Made by a program: the position numbers and the translations under genes. A DNA stretch of 63,430 nt, counting the filler, from Nemertoderma westbladi (Eukaryota > Animalia > Xenacoelomorpha): the NCBI GenBank assembly GCA_032718475.1. It is 3 parts of 3 records of this genome, joined end to end, with 100 filler letters (N's around TTAATTAATTAA, not from the genome) between each part and the next. Parts side by side here need not be neighbours in the genome. Positions count along the whole stretch, not along the records: positions 24,334 to 40,367 come from JAUCBJ010002951.1; positions 40,468 to 63,430 come from JAUCBJ010003699.1; 1 more part is not named here. One strand, written 5' to 3'. The notes beneath the pieces were generated by a model, which was not told the DNA's origin, ran no database searches, and saw nothing but the letters and a program-made list of their open reading frames with translations. Below are positions 38,801 through 50,353 of this stretch, one piece after another. How positions within the stretch are numbered: position 1 is the first letter of the stretch; the number at the start of each line of letters is the position of its first letter.

Positions 38801-40079
38801 GTTACCGAGGCGGGATTTTCTAACCAAAACAATAAACGATCACTTAAAACTTATTGAGGGAAAGGAGCAGGTTACAGAGGCGGGATTTTCTAACCAAAAC
38901 AATAAACGATCATTTAACCAATTGAGGGAAAGGGACAGGTTACAGATCATGATCCATTATTGATTATAAAACTAATACAGTAATAGGCCTAAATTATGTG
39001 AAAGGTATATCCACATTTTCCACAATCCTGCAATCCAGTTTGGCCTATCAATTATTTAAAAAATTTATTAGCACAACCGGTAGGCCTACCATTACCGTAT
39101 TTAAATGGTAGGCTACACAGTAGGCCTATAGCAGTACCGGTGCCGGTACTAAAATACAGAAATACCTGCTTTATACCTACATCTGTACATACAATACAGC
39201 AAAATAGTGCTATATATACTAATACAGCAGTAGACAGCAGAGAACAGCAGTAGAGAAACCGGTAGCATGGAACCTAACATTAGACTTTTGGAGGACATAA
39301 AAAAAAAAGGACAAAAAAAGGATTTAAAAGGACAATAAAAATTATTGCGGTAACTTACTTCACAGGGGCAATTTTTAGTGCTGACATTCAAAAATGGGAA
39401 AAATCAAAAGTGTATTCAAACTTTTGCTGATGACTGTATATAAAGTATAAAATAAAGGAATAGATAATCAAATATGGGTTAGTATGTATTCCATACGAAA
39501 CAATAATTATTTAGACTCATTTGCAGTTCAGCCATTGATGGTTGCTATCATGTAGGGGCCATTTAATTATTGACGTTTACACATTTTTTGACAATACTAC
39601 ATACAGGGGGCCCCTCCGATAGATACTCAGCAGTAGTAACCTCTCTCACCCCGCTACTAACAATATTAACCATTGGGCCAATACCCCCAATATCCTTATC
39701 GTCTCAACTCCCACCCGTGCGCCGCTACATTGATTGACAATCGCCCATGAATGTACTTTATTGCCAGTCTAAATTACCGCTCTATTGAGCCCGATTGTTT
39801 GTAGAATCTCGTGGTTGAACATAATACTTAGTAGGGGGGCCACGTTCACTCCTCGTCACTTAGCCCCATTGCGTGGGGCCCTTTCGATACAGATAGCTAC
39901 TTATTTAGGCTATTTTTGGGCTGATTGGCATGCGGGCTGATTGGCAGATGACACACAGGATATATAATGCTTTTGTGTTTCAGAACAATGAATTTAAACT
40001 GATAGAGATAGATGACCAATGGGACGATTCTTCAACAATAGCAGATAAACCCACAACTGATTCTTCTGCCGTAATTTAG
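29406..40079 (+). CDS. Vsx: Visual system homeobox (Vsx/Chx10/ceh-10) transcription factor, ~370 aa; exons 29406-29811, 33633-33835, 34529-34712, 36333-36556, 39984-40079
   Basis: Octapeptide FAIQELLGL; Q50 paired-like homeodomain [46 protein letters not shown]|[14 protein letters not shown]; CVC domain [30 protein letters not shown]...CAPWLLG|MHKKSIE. All introns are GT-AG with matching phases (1,0,1,0). Confidence 0.95.
30440..31365 (+). mobile_element. RTE (family 2) 3' fragment in Vsx intron 1
   Basis: [25 protein letters not shown] and GHCFRRE; high nucleotide similarity to 47170-47990. Confidence 0.88.
33633..33835 (+). CDS. Vsx: Vsx exon 2 (homeodomain helices 1-2)
   Basis: Acceptor TTTATAG|; [13 protein letters not shown]...EDRIQ; donor CAG|GTTAG. 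Confidence 0.96.
34529..34712 (+). CDS. Vsx: Vsx exon 3 (helix 3 and CVC domain)
   Basis: TTTCTAG|[12 protein letters not shown]...CAPWLL G|GTATTT. Confidence 0.96.
34863..35683 (-). mobile_element. RTE (family 1) 3' fragment, antisense in Vsx intron 3
   Basis: Near-identical to 12210-13033, including the (TAG)n tail; ORF 34829-35500. Confidence 0.92.
36333..36556 (+). CDS. Vsx: Vsx exon 4 (end of CVC domain)
   Basis: AAG|GT ATG CAT AAG AAA (GMHKKSIE); consensus donor AAT|GTGAGT; without splicing the frame reads through to a stop at 36592. Confidence 0.85.
37207..37490 (+). mobile_element. RTE (family 2) short 3' fragment in Vsx intron 4
   Basis: CACATCTCCAACCAGACACTATATAACATTGGAGG-like segment shared with 31105 and 47850; encodes [16 protein letters not shown]. 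Confidence 0.8.
38660..38946. repeat. ~68-bp tandem repeat, ~4 copies, of a dispersed family (also ~27205-27272, ~33995-34045, ~44975-45050)
   Basis: GGGAAAGGAGCAGGTTACAGAGGCGGGATTTTCTAACCAAAACAATAAAC core. Confidence 0.85.
39984..40079 (+). CDS. Vsx: Probable Vsx terminal exon 5
   Basis: Acceptor TTTTGTGTTTCAG|; phase-0 open frame [31 protein letters not shown]; AATAAA signals at 40123 and 40129. Confidence 0.7.
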   Translation, partial: NNEFKLIEIDDQWDDSSTIADKPTTDSSAVI

Positions 40080-40367
40080 TCGCTAACTCGGATTTCTACA
40101 TTATTTGGTGCTTCACTTTCTCAATAAAAATAAAAGAACATTGATTAGTTGTAAACTGCAGTGGCATGCGTTGTCAAAAACAAAACAAAGAACAAGTTAC
40201 AGACTCTCGGTGACTTATGGATTGCTGACTCAGCCATAGAAATGAATTGTCCACGAATGGGTTTACACCAGCACTACTATACTTTATTATTATTTATATT
40301 CTATATATTATTCCGAAATAGAGATCATTTCTTAATGTATTATATATAATATAAATTACATACGGCC

Positions 40368-40467
40368 NNNNNNNNNNNNNNNNNNNNNNNNNNNNNNNNN
40401 NNNNNNNNNNNTTAATTAATTAANNNNNNNNNNNNNNNNNNNNNNNNNNNNNNNNNNNNNNNNNNNN
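40368..40467. other. Assembly gap with artificial TTAATTAATTAA linker
   Basis: 44 N + 12 nt + 44 N. Confidence 0.95.
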
Positions 40468-41019
40468 AGACAAGCTACGCAATATCCAATCACGTTGGTC
40501 AGTGTACCAAGAAAAAATTACATAATTCATTATATTACATCAGAGTCAGAGTGCCTATCTTATTTATGCTATCTTTCATTGGTATATATTGAACCCTGCT
40601 TGACAGGCAAGGCACAGCGATGTCGTCTAATCAAAGCACAGAAACCAAGGCAGGAGCCAGTGGGCGCCCCCCTCCTGCAGTGGTCAATTGGGCTCCATTT
40701 CATTGCTTTACTTTACAGACTATTAAACTGGTTGAGAGATTATATAATATAGGCCTAAGTAATAAGCTGGCTTTCTGGCTTATCATAATATTGTATGATA
40801 TTATGATGCCTTATCATGGGGGCGGGGGGGGGGGGGGGGGGGGGGGGGTGCCTGAAGGAATTATTGGTAGTGTGGCTGGAGGCCTGGCTACAACACTTTG
40901 ATGGGGTATATGGTCTCCTTTCAACTACTTATTTTCTTTGGCAACCTGCCTGGGATAATGTGGATTGTATCTGGTCTGGGGTTGGGCTCCTTTCCAAAGC
41001 GATAGACTCGGACGACTCA

Positions 41020-43233
41020 GTAGACGACTCGGAAATTTTTTTTCGAGTTTTCGTTGGTTTCATGTGAAAAAACCCCAGAGAGCAATTTTACTTCAAAAAA
41101 ATTAATATTTGCCGAGTTATAGCCATTTTAAAACGCAAAATTAGCAACATCGAAAAATCAGGCCGTTTCAGAAAACTGACGTCAGCCATAACACAGCAAC
41201 AGTTGTCAAGCGCTGTTGATTGGCTAATATAAAGTATAATATTGCAGTATCTAAAATAAAACAAACAATAAATGTAGCTAAGTATTTATTTGGATGTGTA
41301 TTTATGTTGTGAAAAGAATCGATTATAGGATAGCGGTATGGAGGCAAATTATTCATATCAAGTTAATTATTCTAGAATGATATAGATTTCGCCCATACCT
41401 GTACCGTAGAGCTGTAGCTAAAAATAAATATAGCTAGCTAAATACTGCCAGGCGTTTCATTAATCTATTTTTTAATTGTTTTTACAGCGAACAATGCGGG
41501 ATGGGTAGATTAGCACTAGATGGAAATTATTTAGTTTTTTTTGTCAGTTCACTTTAAAGTATTACTGCTACTAGTACTAGTGTTGCCCGAGTCACCATTA
41601 TTCTGCCTTTCATAGTAGCTGTTTTTGGTTTGACATCCACAAATATCAAAATACCAAAACATAATGTTTTGGGCTATTTATTGATTTATGTTCTTGACAT
41701 ATTTAGGTTAGTGACATGTGAAAAAAAAATGTTTTAAAGAAATTCAAAACAAATGTTTGTGGTAGCTAGTGTTTTCAATGGTATGTACTGTTTTAATAAT
41801 GTAGCTAGTGTTTTTATAAAATACCACAAAATCTTATTTTTTTGATGCCATTTAGATGCCATTACACCAACGCATGTGGTAGAAGTAAAATGTCCAACAT
41901 CAAAACATGCCATTCAAAAATCTTCTCTTTCACAATCGAATATCGTAAGCGCTAAATTCATGGCACAAATCCAACTCCAACTAATTGCTTCTCTGCAATA
42001 AACAATGGGCCTTGTTTTGTGTCGCAGATCCATCTTTTGAAATAAACGGCGAAGTGAAAATAGTTGAAGTATCATATGATTCCATATACATGCAAAATTT
42101 ACTGAAAAGTAGTCGTAGCTTCTGGAAGGAATATATATTTCCCAAAATTGTGAAAAAATAGATAATTAAAAAATGTAAATTATAGTTATAGTTCAACTAA
42201 ATTCTGATTAATGCTGATTGTATTGAGATGGCAGCTGAAGATATTTTTACTACGTCATCAATTACAGGAATTACCTTCAAAGGAATCACTGAATGGGGTT
42301 CCAACATATTGTATTCCCGTATGCGTCTTATTAACCTTTCTATGGTGGCACTGAAGGGCCAACAAATAATTTTTTTTGTCTGAAACAAGTCGTGCGCACG
42401 ACTTGTTACATCAGATACAACTGGTGCGCACGACTTGTTTTGCTAAAACAAGTCGTGCGCACGACTTGTTACTTCAGAAACAACTCGTGCGCACGACTTG
42501 GTTTGCTAAAACAACTCGTGCGCTCGACTTGTTTTGCTAAAACAAGTCGTGGGCACGACTTGTTACATCAGAAACAACTCGTGCGCACGACTTGTTTTAG
42601 CAAAAAAAAATTCGTTGTTGACCCTTCAGTGCCACCATACCTTTCCACATAGACTAACTATCAATGCTATTTGGAATTCAATAATATAACTTGTATAAAA
42701 ATAATTGCAATCGAAAAAGTGCGAATCCACAACCTAATCCAAAGTAATCTAAGTTTTGAAGCTTAATAAAACATCAATAAGCTGCTGGATTTCTACCACC
42801 TGGCAGTTTTAGCTACAAAATATGTTTTATTTTAATAGCTAACAATGTAGTATAGTTTGGGATAAATAAATATTATTCTGGAATAATTAACTTGTTATGA
42901 ATCAATTTCCGCCATAAAGATATCAAATAATGTATTCTTAACACAACACAAAAACACACTAAATATATATTAGCTACACTATTTATTTTAGTACACTATT
43001 TATTTTATATTGAATAGTAACCAATGAACATTTAGTGCTGCACTAGTGACGTCACTCGTGCAGTTTTTTGAAACGGCCTGATTTTTCGATGTTGCTAATT
43101 TTGCGATTTAAAATCGCTATAAGTCGGCCAATGTTATTTTTTTTAAGTAAAATTGCTCTCTGGGTTTTTTTCAAGTGCTCTTTCACATGAAACCAACGAA
43201 TACTCGAAAAAAAATTTCCGAGTCGTCTACCCC
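41020..43233. mobile_element. ISL2EU/IS4EU-type (Harbinger-related) DNA transposon, internally deleted
   Basis: ~170 bp TIRs (GTAGACGACTCGGAAATTT... / ...AAATTTCCGAGTCGTCTACCCC|AT). A + strand YqaJ-like nuclease remnant at ~41855-42161 (VVEVKCP, AQIQLQL, ALFCVADPSF, FWKEYIFPKI) converges on a - strand DDE transposase C-terminus (VERLIRRIREYNMLEPHS...IDDVVKISSAAISIQSALI). Confidence 0.8.
42341..42639. mobile_element. MITE with TIRs, 6-bp TSD (CCTTTC) and an internal array of ~7 palindromic 31-32 bp units
   Basis: CCTTTC|TATGGTGGCACTGAAGGG...CCCTTCAGTGCCACCATA|CCTTTC; unit core AACAAGTCGTGCGCACGACTTGTT. Confidence 0.9.
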
Positions 43234-43425
43234 ATTGAGAGCGAAATCTGACGATGTGTATCGATGCACATACACACATACAAACATACACACATACAAA
43301 CTGAACAGATTTATATAAATTAGATTATATATTATTTGAATTTTTGATAATCAAATTTTACATCTATAATTTTGTACTGCCACCATATTATTGGATAATT
43401 AGATATTTGAAGTCTAAAACGAGTA

Positions 43426-44005
43426 TCAAATATTACAAAGGGTTGAATCAATTATCTCAGCTCGCTGTTCATCTGTTATACATCCACATTCCTTTTGGCA
43501 GTTGCAGATGTAGCTGTCAAGAGTGCATTGGTTAAGCTCAAAGAACCAATAGTAGCCTTCCTTCCATTCAACGATTTCTTCAAATGTACACGTATAGGTC
43601 TGACCTGTTACACATTCTTCGTGAAATTCTCTCACCTGAAACATATTAATAATTCAATAAAAGAAAACCAGTATGCACCCACTACCTTATCCTTATCTAA
43701 TCATTAGGCCTAATATATACCAGTTGCATTTAATGATGAACATCTTTGCGAGAAATTAGTAAAAACATGGAGAGTCTGATAACTCTCACTCTGTGATTAT
43801 TCCAAACTAGAACGCCATCAAGATGGCTTTAAACGAACCTGTCTTACACAGACTCCAAGAATCATATGGGATTGGAAGATGCAAACCAAGAATGACTTGC
43901 ATCAACCAAAAAACTGCCTCCCATCCCATCTAATGTAATACACATTCGCCTAGGCAAACAAATCATAATCACAATTACTACGATGATGTGTGAAATGGTA
44001 TCCAT
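43426..44005 (-). pseudogene. Decayed two-exon gene for a Cys-rich, probably secreted protein
   Basis: Signal-like MDTISHIIVVIVIMICL after a TTTCTCAG acceptor; stops and frameshifts follow; donor CTG|GTATAT near 43720; acceptor TTTCAG| then an open exon VREFHEECVTGQTYTC...CNCQKECGC...LCNI*. Confidence 0.4.
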
Positions 44006-45179
44006 ATCCGCAACCTGAGAAACGGCCCAAAAGAGCAGTTTATTCTGCGGAGGGGTCTTTTCTGTATTAGATAAATAAAATAAAGAACACTATAATTACA
44101 GTATTTATACCTGATACATTCTCAGTTAGCCTAATAAAAACATCGGAGCAACCAATATAATGTACATGTACAAGCATCCTATGAAAGTTTGTGAAATGTT
44201 CCCTTAAGTCTACCCAACAGCCGTTGGTACCCGGCTGGCAGCCACCCTGGTTCAGTTTTATGGTTTTGTTAGTTTAATCGACAGCTGTTGTAAACGTCCC
44301 AGATATACAAAACCTACTAAGCCTTTGCATTACAATTGAGCTTAGCCTAAGTTGATGACAGTATTATAACGATGACAATTAGGCCCTATAGATACATACG
44401 ATATATAAATGATGTACTGCTTGACATTACACTAACTGGCTGAATAGAGATAGAACTATAATAATACGTTTGGCATTCTGTCAGATTTCAGTAGTAAGTA
44501 ACCTCATAATAATTGCTAAATATCAATCACCTGAAAAACATTTCAAGCAAGGGAGTTGTGGGTATTTAATTTCGCGTTCAATAATGTTGAAAATATGCAA
44601 ATATTTCGAATATCGCACTTCGAATCGTTCCCAACTTTTTTATTCAACAACTAGACAACAATTGATAAATACTTGCGTTTACAATTTTACAATGCATGCA
44701 AGTGGTTTCAAGCCATTTGGTGAACATACATAGTGAGTGATATAGTGACATATATAGTGATATAGGTAAATATATCCATCGTGTTTTTGCCGGCCTCAGC
44801 TTTAGACAAAAACTACCCAGTCTAAAGACAGGTTCGTTATTAAACACTTTCACATGTCGCATTAATTTTCAATGCTGAATCATTGTTTGATTTTGACAAT
44901 ACCAAAGCGGAGACAGGACGCAAATCCCACCTTGGCGAATTAATATCCCGCCTCAATGTTAAATTCTCAATTTAGGAAAAGGAGCAGGTTACAGTGGCGC
45001 GTTATTTTAACCACAACAATAAACTAAACACATTAGAACAGGTTACAGTTTTATTTTTGAGAGTAATCAACTGTTATTTGCGTCGAATTTCCCCTGGAGA
45101 GGGATGAATTTTTATTGTAGGAAAGATAAAGGCACCTTCAATAGAATGTAATTCTTGTTGTTGTTGTTGTTGTGATGAT

Positions 45180-48010
45180 GTAGCCCAGCCACAGTTAGCT
45201 CACTCGGTAAAACGCCAGACGCGTGAAGGGGTGAAAGTACTGGTTTAGAACCGGGATTAGAGGACCAGGTTCGTAGAGAGTAGAATAGAGAAATGAACAA
45301 GCTGCCAGCCACCACATATTTTCTGATATCTTACCTCTTCAGAGCACCTTATGTAGTGTTTCTCAATACCAACTGCAATTATGCTAGGCCCCCTTCGTTC
45401 GTTCTGGGATATGGACGCCCTATACACCTGACCAGATGTTTGGTCAGGTGTAGAGTGCTCTCATCTCCTATTTGAGTGCACTCCACTGCGACCTGCACGT
45501 GGCAGCAAGGGTGCAGGGCATGGCCAAGCAGATGAGCTGCATAGCCAAAGATGGGTCATTTGCTTCAAAGTAAGTATAGATGATGGACCCCATATCTGAC
45601 TTAACTGCGACATCCGCCCTGTGGAATGGCAAACCAGGGTATGGTATTTGCCGAGAGAGCTGACTCGGCAAAATGCACCCCCAACGCCCACTATCGCCCG
45701 TTCTGACCCAAACCCTAGGTCACCGGGGAGGCCAGATTGCTAGGTGGAGAGGGATTATGGAGTTGGAGGCTACTCTCACGTTCCATCCCGATCAACCAAG
45801 CCTTTGGTGAACCCGAGACAAGTCATTACATTAGCCTCAGTTAACACCCTAACACTCTGGTCCCCAATGCGGCAAGGTGAGCTGACTGCCTTGGCAGATA
45901 AGCTTTCTCTTAGCGCAGTGGTATTCAAGAGCACTGAAAGCAGACTGCTCACACTGGCGAGGTTCTGATTAAGGACACGGGGGGGGGGGGGGGGGGGGCG
46001 GTTGGCGATTTGCACTCGCATCAGCAGATGATAGTGGCAATGGCGGAATTGGTCTACTGATTGGACATAGAGCTCACAAGTCTCAGATAAATCATCTTCT
46101 GTTTCGTAAGAAATACAGGTGCTTTGTACATGACTGTACAGGATTTACTCTTCACACCTTCCCCAGTAATCATCTTCTTATTGTGGCTAAGGTAAGACTA
46201 AGTGTCCGCGCTAGCAAAACTAAGAAATCTACCTTACAAAGACATGATTGGTCCTCTCTGTTGCAACAGCCCATTGTGAGATCCAGCTTCACGCTAAAAC
46301 TGAGCAACAGGGAAGCCCTTTGCATGTTGCATCTGAGGCAACAGATCACTTTGAGGGCTATACTGCCTTCACAGCGGGAGTTAAGGAAGCAGCTGCAGAA
46401 ACAGTTCCTGCATAGCCTCGAAGCAGAAAAAAAGGCACCCTGGATGGACCACGGAGACGGAGAGGGTCTCGGGCGCAGAGAGATTAACCAGCAGATTGAT
46501 GCCTTCAGTGATGCCGATGACAGCAGGCAATCATCCACAGGCATGGAAATCGATCAACTTGCTTACTGGGCGGAATAGCCAACCAAACACCAGTTAAGGC
46601 AGAATCACCTGCTGATCGCCTGCAGTGAAGGCTGCTGCAAAGAGCATTAAGATCTATCGTGCCAGTGGAGTAGATGGTGTCCCCCCTGGGGTCTTTAAAA
46701 TACCATGGTGTTTGGAGCATATTCTTAATAGACATGTACCGAACAACAAGAGTCCCACAAGAAATGAAAACATATAAGTTGGTGCCAGTTCCCAAGAAGG
46801 GCAACCTAACACTCTATGGTTCTTTTCAGGGAATCTCATTGATCTCGATTGCTGCAAAGCTATACAATAGAATTATATTAAATCGCATCAGGGATCCCAT
46901 TGAGAGACTGCTCCGTGGAAATCAGAATGGGTTACGTAAAGCTCGTGGAATCATGGAGCCCATTTTGGCGCTTAGAAAGATAATTGGAGAGTTATCAAAA
47001 ACGAAAGACAGGCATCTGGCTGTTATCTTTGTTGACTTCTTCAAGGCCTTTGATTCAGTCTCTCGCTCACGTATGTTCAGCATACTTTCATTATATGGGA
47101 TTCCTGATGAAATTATTGCAGCAATCAGATCAGTATACGATGGTTCGACAACATTTGTGTCTAATGTTTACGGTGACACAGAACCAATTGAAGTGTTATG
47201 GGGCGTCCTCCAGGGAGACACACTTGCACCATTCTTGTTCATAATTGTGGTTGACTATGTTCAACACATGTCCTTAGATCACCATAATGATGATGGGGTG
47301 ATGATAGCTCCACCTACAGGCTCCAGAAGTCGAGGAAATCCTGCCAAGTACCTAACTGATCTAGACTTTGCTGATGACTTAGGAGTACTCTCTGAATCAC
47401 TAGAGGGAGCCCAACGGCTCCTCAGCGCATTAGAGCATGTTGCTTCTAGTGTTGGTCTTTTTATTAACTCCAGAAAGACCAAAATTTAGACAGTTAACTT
47501 TGAAAGTCCTCAGCAAGTCTCTGATCTGATCTGATCTGATGAGCTGATCTGAAGTTCAAAGGATGGTATGCTTGAGCATGTGGACGACATCTGTTACCTG
47601 GGATCATGCATCCGGAAGTCAGGTGAGAAGACCTTCGAATACGTAAGGGAAAGGCATGGGCAGCCTTGAATAGGCTTTCCAGGATTTGGAAGTCACCGAG
47701 AATTAATCGGAAACTTAAGGTCCGACTATTTAGAGCAGCAGTAGTTGCAGTACTCCTCTACGGGAGTCCATGCTGGGCTCTAACTGCTGAGGACACCAAA
47801 TCTCTATATGGCACATTGACAACAATGCTACGTCGGGTTCACTGTGTCACACATCTCCAACCAGACACTATATAATATTGGAGGTATCTCATTGGTTCCC
47901 CCAAGCTTGACACTTGAACAAAGCCGACTCCACTGTGCATCCAACTCCACTCCATTGCTTTTGCCGTGAGGACCAGCCTGTGCACAATCTTGTTATTTGC
48001 ACAATCTCTA
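45180..48010 (+). mobile_element. RTE-clade LINE (family 2), near full length but degraded
   Basis: APE start remnant (ITLASVNTLTL), RT ORF 46674-47489 (PVPKKGNL, DFFKAFDSV, GVLQGDTLAP, LDFADD) and C-terminal ORF 47666-47875; many stops and frameshifts; 5' boundary approximate. Confidence 0.88.
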
Positions 48011-48180
48011 GCACAATCGTTTTAGCCCCCTGGATAAGCATGATGAACAGGAGAAGATGGTTATGTTTAGAAAGGGATCCAAGGCTTTAAAAACAATTCA
48101 TTAACATAACCCATTCAGTAAGCAATTAACGATATACGCTCGAAAATAGCTACCGGTACCTATCTATCAACATTATGGAT

Positions 48181-48360
48181 TTAGATACTCACATGGTTGC
48201 AGCATACAGTGTCGCCGGTTCCTTCCTCCCACATAGATGGTCCCAACACTTTTGTAGTTTTCAACCATTGGTCACTCGCTTGCTTAGATATTGTTTTCGA
48301 TTTTTGTGCCGCTTCTATATTTACCACCGCCATCAAAACAACAAATACAAATATCAACAT
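48181..48360 (-). CDS. Candidate small secreted peptide (59 aa)
   Basis: Signal peptide-like MLIFVFVVLMAVVNIEA; C-terminal DTVCC; resembles the ORF at 50147-50353. Confidence 0.45.
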   Translation of the reverse strand: MLIFVFVVLMAVVNIEAAQKSKTISKQASDQWLKTTKVLGPSMWEEGTGDTVCCNHVSI

Positions 48361-49489
48361 ATTTACCGTTGATGGAATGATTGAATTACAAACAAACAAA
48401 AAAAACAATTTTAATTATTAAAAACGTATTAAGTTTAAAACGAAGCGCTGGGCAGAGTTAAAATCCTGAAATGAGTGGCAATATTCGCAAAAACAACTAT
48501 TCAAATTGTTTGCTCTGACTATCCCCCATAGGCCTTGCCTATATATCGATTGTAAACATCCAGTTATTGTATTATTATATTGTTATATTATTTTAATATA
48601 TGTTGTTTTGTATTATTCTTGATATATAACATAACTAAGTAACTGAACTGTATATATGTGGAACGGAACATTTGGCAATGAATATTAGGATATATATGTA
48701 GAATTTCATTTCTGAGAACAGAGCCGTTTATTCAAATATAATATACTGAATTATACACTGGAACTAAATTGCAAGTCAAACAGAGCTGCACAAGATAACA
48801 AATCATTAATTCATTCATAGTCTTTACATGAGATATAAAATAAGATATACATTTTTTTATTATGTGGAAGTTAAACGTTATATAATTCACAATGAATCTA
48901 CTGTATGTACTGAATACACTGAATATACTGAATACACTGAATATACACTGAATGTACTGCATACAACAATATCTAGTTAGTAGAATAAGTAAAGTACTTA
49001 CGTATTCTACTAAACTCCCAATGTGACCAAAAAACACCCAAACGAACCATCCGAAAGCACGCAAAAGAACATAAAAAACCCCAAAATAACCTCATTTGTT
49101 ATGGATGTTGACCCACATAGAACCCACATAGAACCCACTTAGAACCAAATCTGTCTGAAAATATTGTCCTATCGGGTTTCGCGCAAATTTTATCCCCCTT
49201 GACTTTGAATCTAATCTTCGTAAAATAGTAGATATCCATTGCGAATATGCGGGTTAAAGGAAGTTGAGGTTAAAACAAAGAGAACTATTATAACGGTCAA
49301 ATCAAAACATTATAATATCTTTCTCAATGAATCTATGTGGCCAGGAGATGATCCTAAAACCACTGAGCATTTTAAGTATACAAATATATCAACTCTGTTA
49401 CAAATTATAATAAAATGAATTAGAATTGAGCTGTCAAAGCTAATGTAATTTAATGATGTTATATTTGTTAAAGTATATTACATCACAAA

Positions 49490-49545
49490 CTTCCAACCTG
49501 GAGGTCACCAGTTCGATCCCATCTGGACTTCATTGCCGACATTTC
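49490..49545 (+). mobile_element. tRNA-derived SINE head remnant
   Basis: CTTCCAACCTGGAGGTCACCAGTTCGATCCC: anticodon/variable arm plus a B-box-like GTTCGATCC; no complete cloverleaf. Confidence 0.4.
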
Positions 49546-50146
49546 AAAGCTGTTAATTGATGTTAACGACATACTGACTAACAGGGGGGTTGGTATGTAT
49601 ATATTAAATTAAATGAAAGGAAGAACAGGAGTTGGGGGTGAGTCGGGGTGTTCTTCCTTTCATTTAATTTATTTCAAAGCTGTATCCAACGAAAGTTATC
49701 TGGTAGTAAGTAAGTAGGTAGCTAAGTTAGCATTGGATTTTCCAGGAGAAACTCAGACTAAACAAACGCAGCGCAAAGCGCTGCGAAACTCATCAACAGA
49801 GTTCTTATAGATGCTGACAGGGAATAGGGCGAGCTAGCATGGCACCTGTCTTCCTACGTATAAGATATAGCCGCACATCAATCGCGTCTCAATAATTCGC
49901 GTTTAAATCTAAAAATATTACTGTAAACCTTGTAAAGCACCTATAATTAATACTTTCCTTCACAACTGGGGGGAGTTTTCATGAATTCCACTCACTATGT
50001 ATTATTGAGATGTGTAGAGTTTCATTCCAACTTATTCTTATAATAATTTACACCGTATTTGTTATTTTGTTTTATCTAGAAGTACATACGCAATGCAACC
50101 AACCCAACTATTGAATTTAATTACACTAGCAAGTAATCTATTTCTT

Positions 50147-50353
50147 TCAGTATGACGTAGCGCAGCACACGTTCACTTTAATTACGGTATCCATTCGAGG
50201 TGAGTGGGGAAACGGTTTCTTTAGTGTTATGGTTGAGTTTGTGGGCCACCCATACGCCGTTATGGGCCTTTGTTCACAAATCGATTTTCCCCTCCTACCA
50301 TCTCCACTGCAACATTGGGCCTCTGTAACGCTGACGAGAACTCCAATAATCAT
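50147..50353 (-). CDS. Candidate small secreted Cys-rich peptide (68 aa)
   Basis: MIIGVLVSVTEA|QCC...C...W...VCC; an upstream in-frame ATG (MPRA*Y) is cut off by one stop, so it may be a pseudogene. Confidence 0.45.
   Translation of the reverse strand: MIIGVLVSVTEAQCCSGDGRRGKSICEQRPITAYGWPTNSTITLKKPFPHSPRMDTVIKVNVCCATSY

Noticed and set aside
42383-42604. Palindromic repeats as a mini-CRISPR
   Set aside because: Linkers are 7-8 bp and recurrent, and the array sits within TIRs and a TSD, so it is a MITE.
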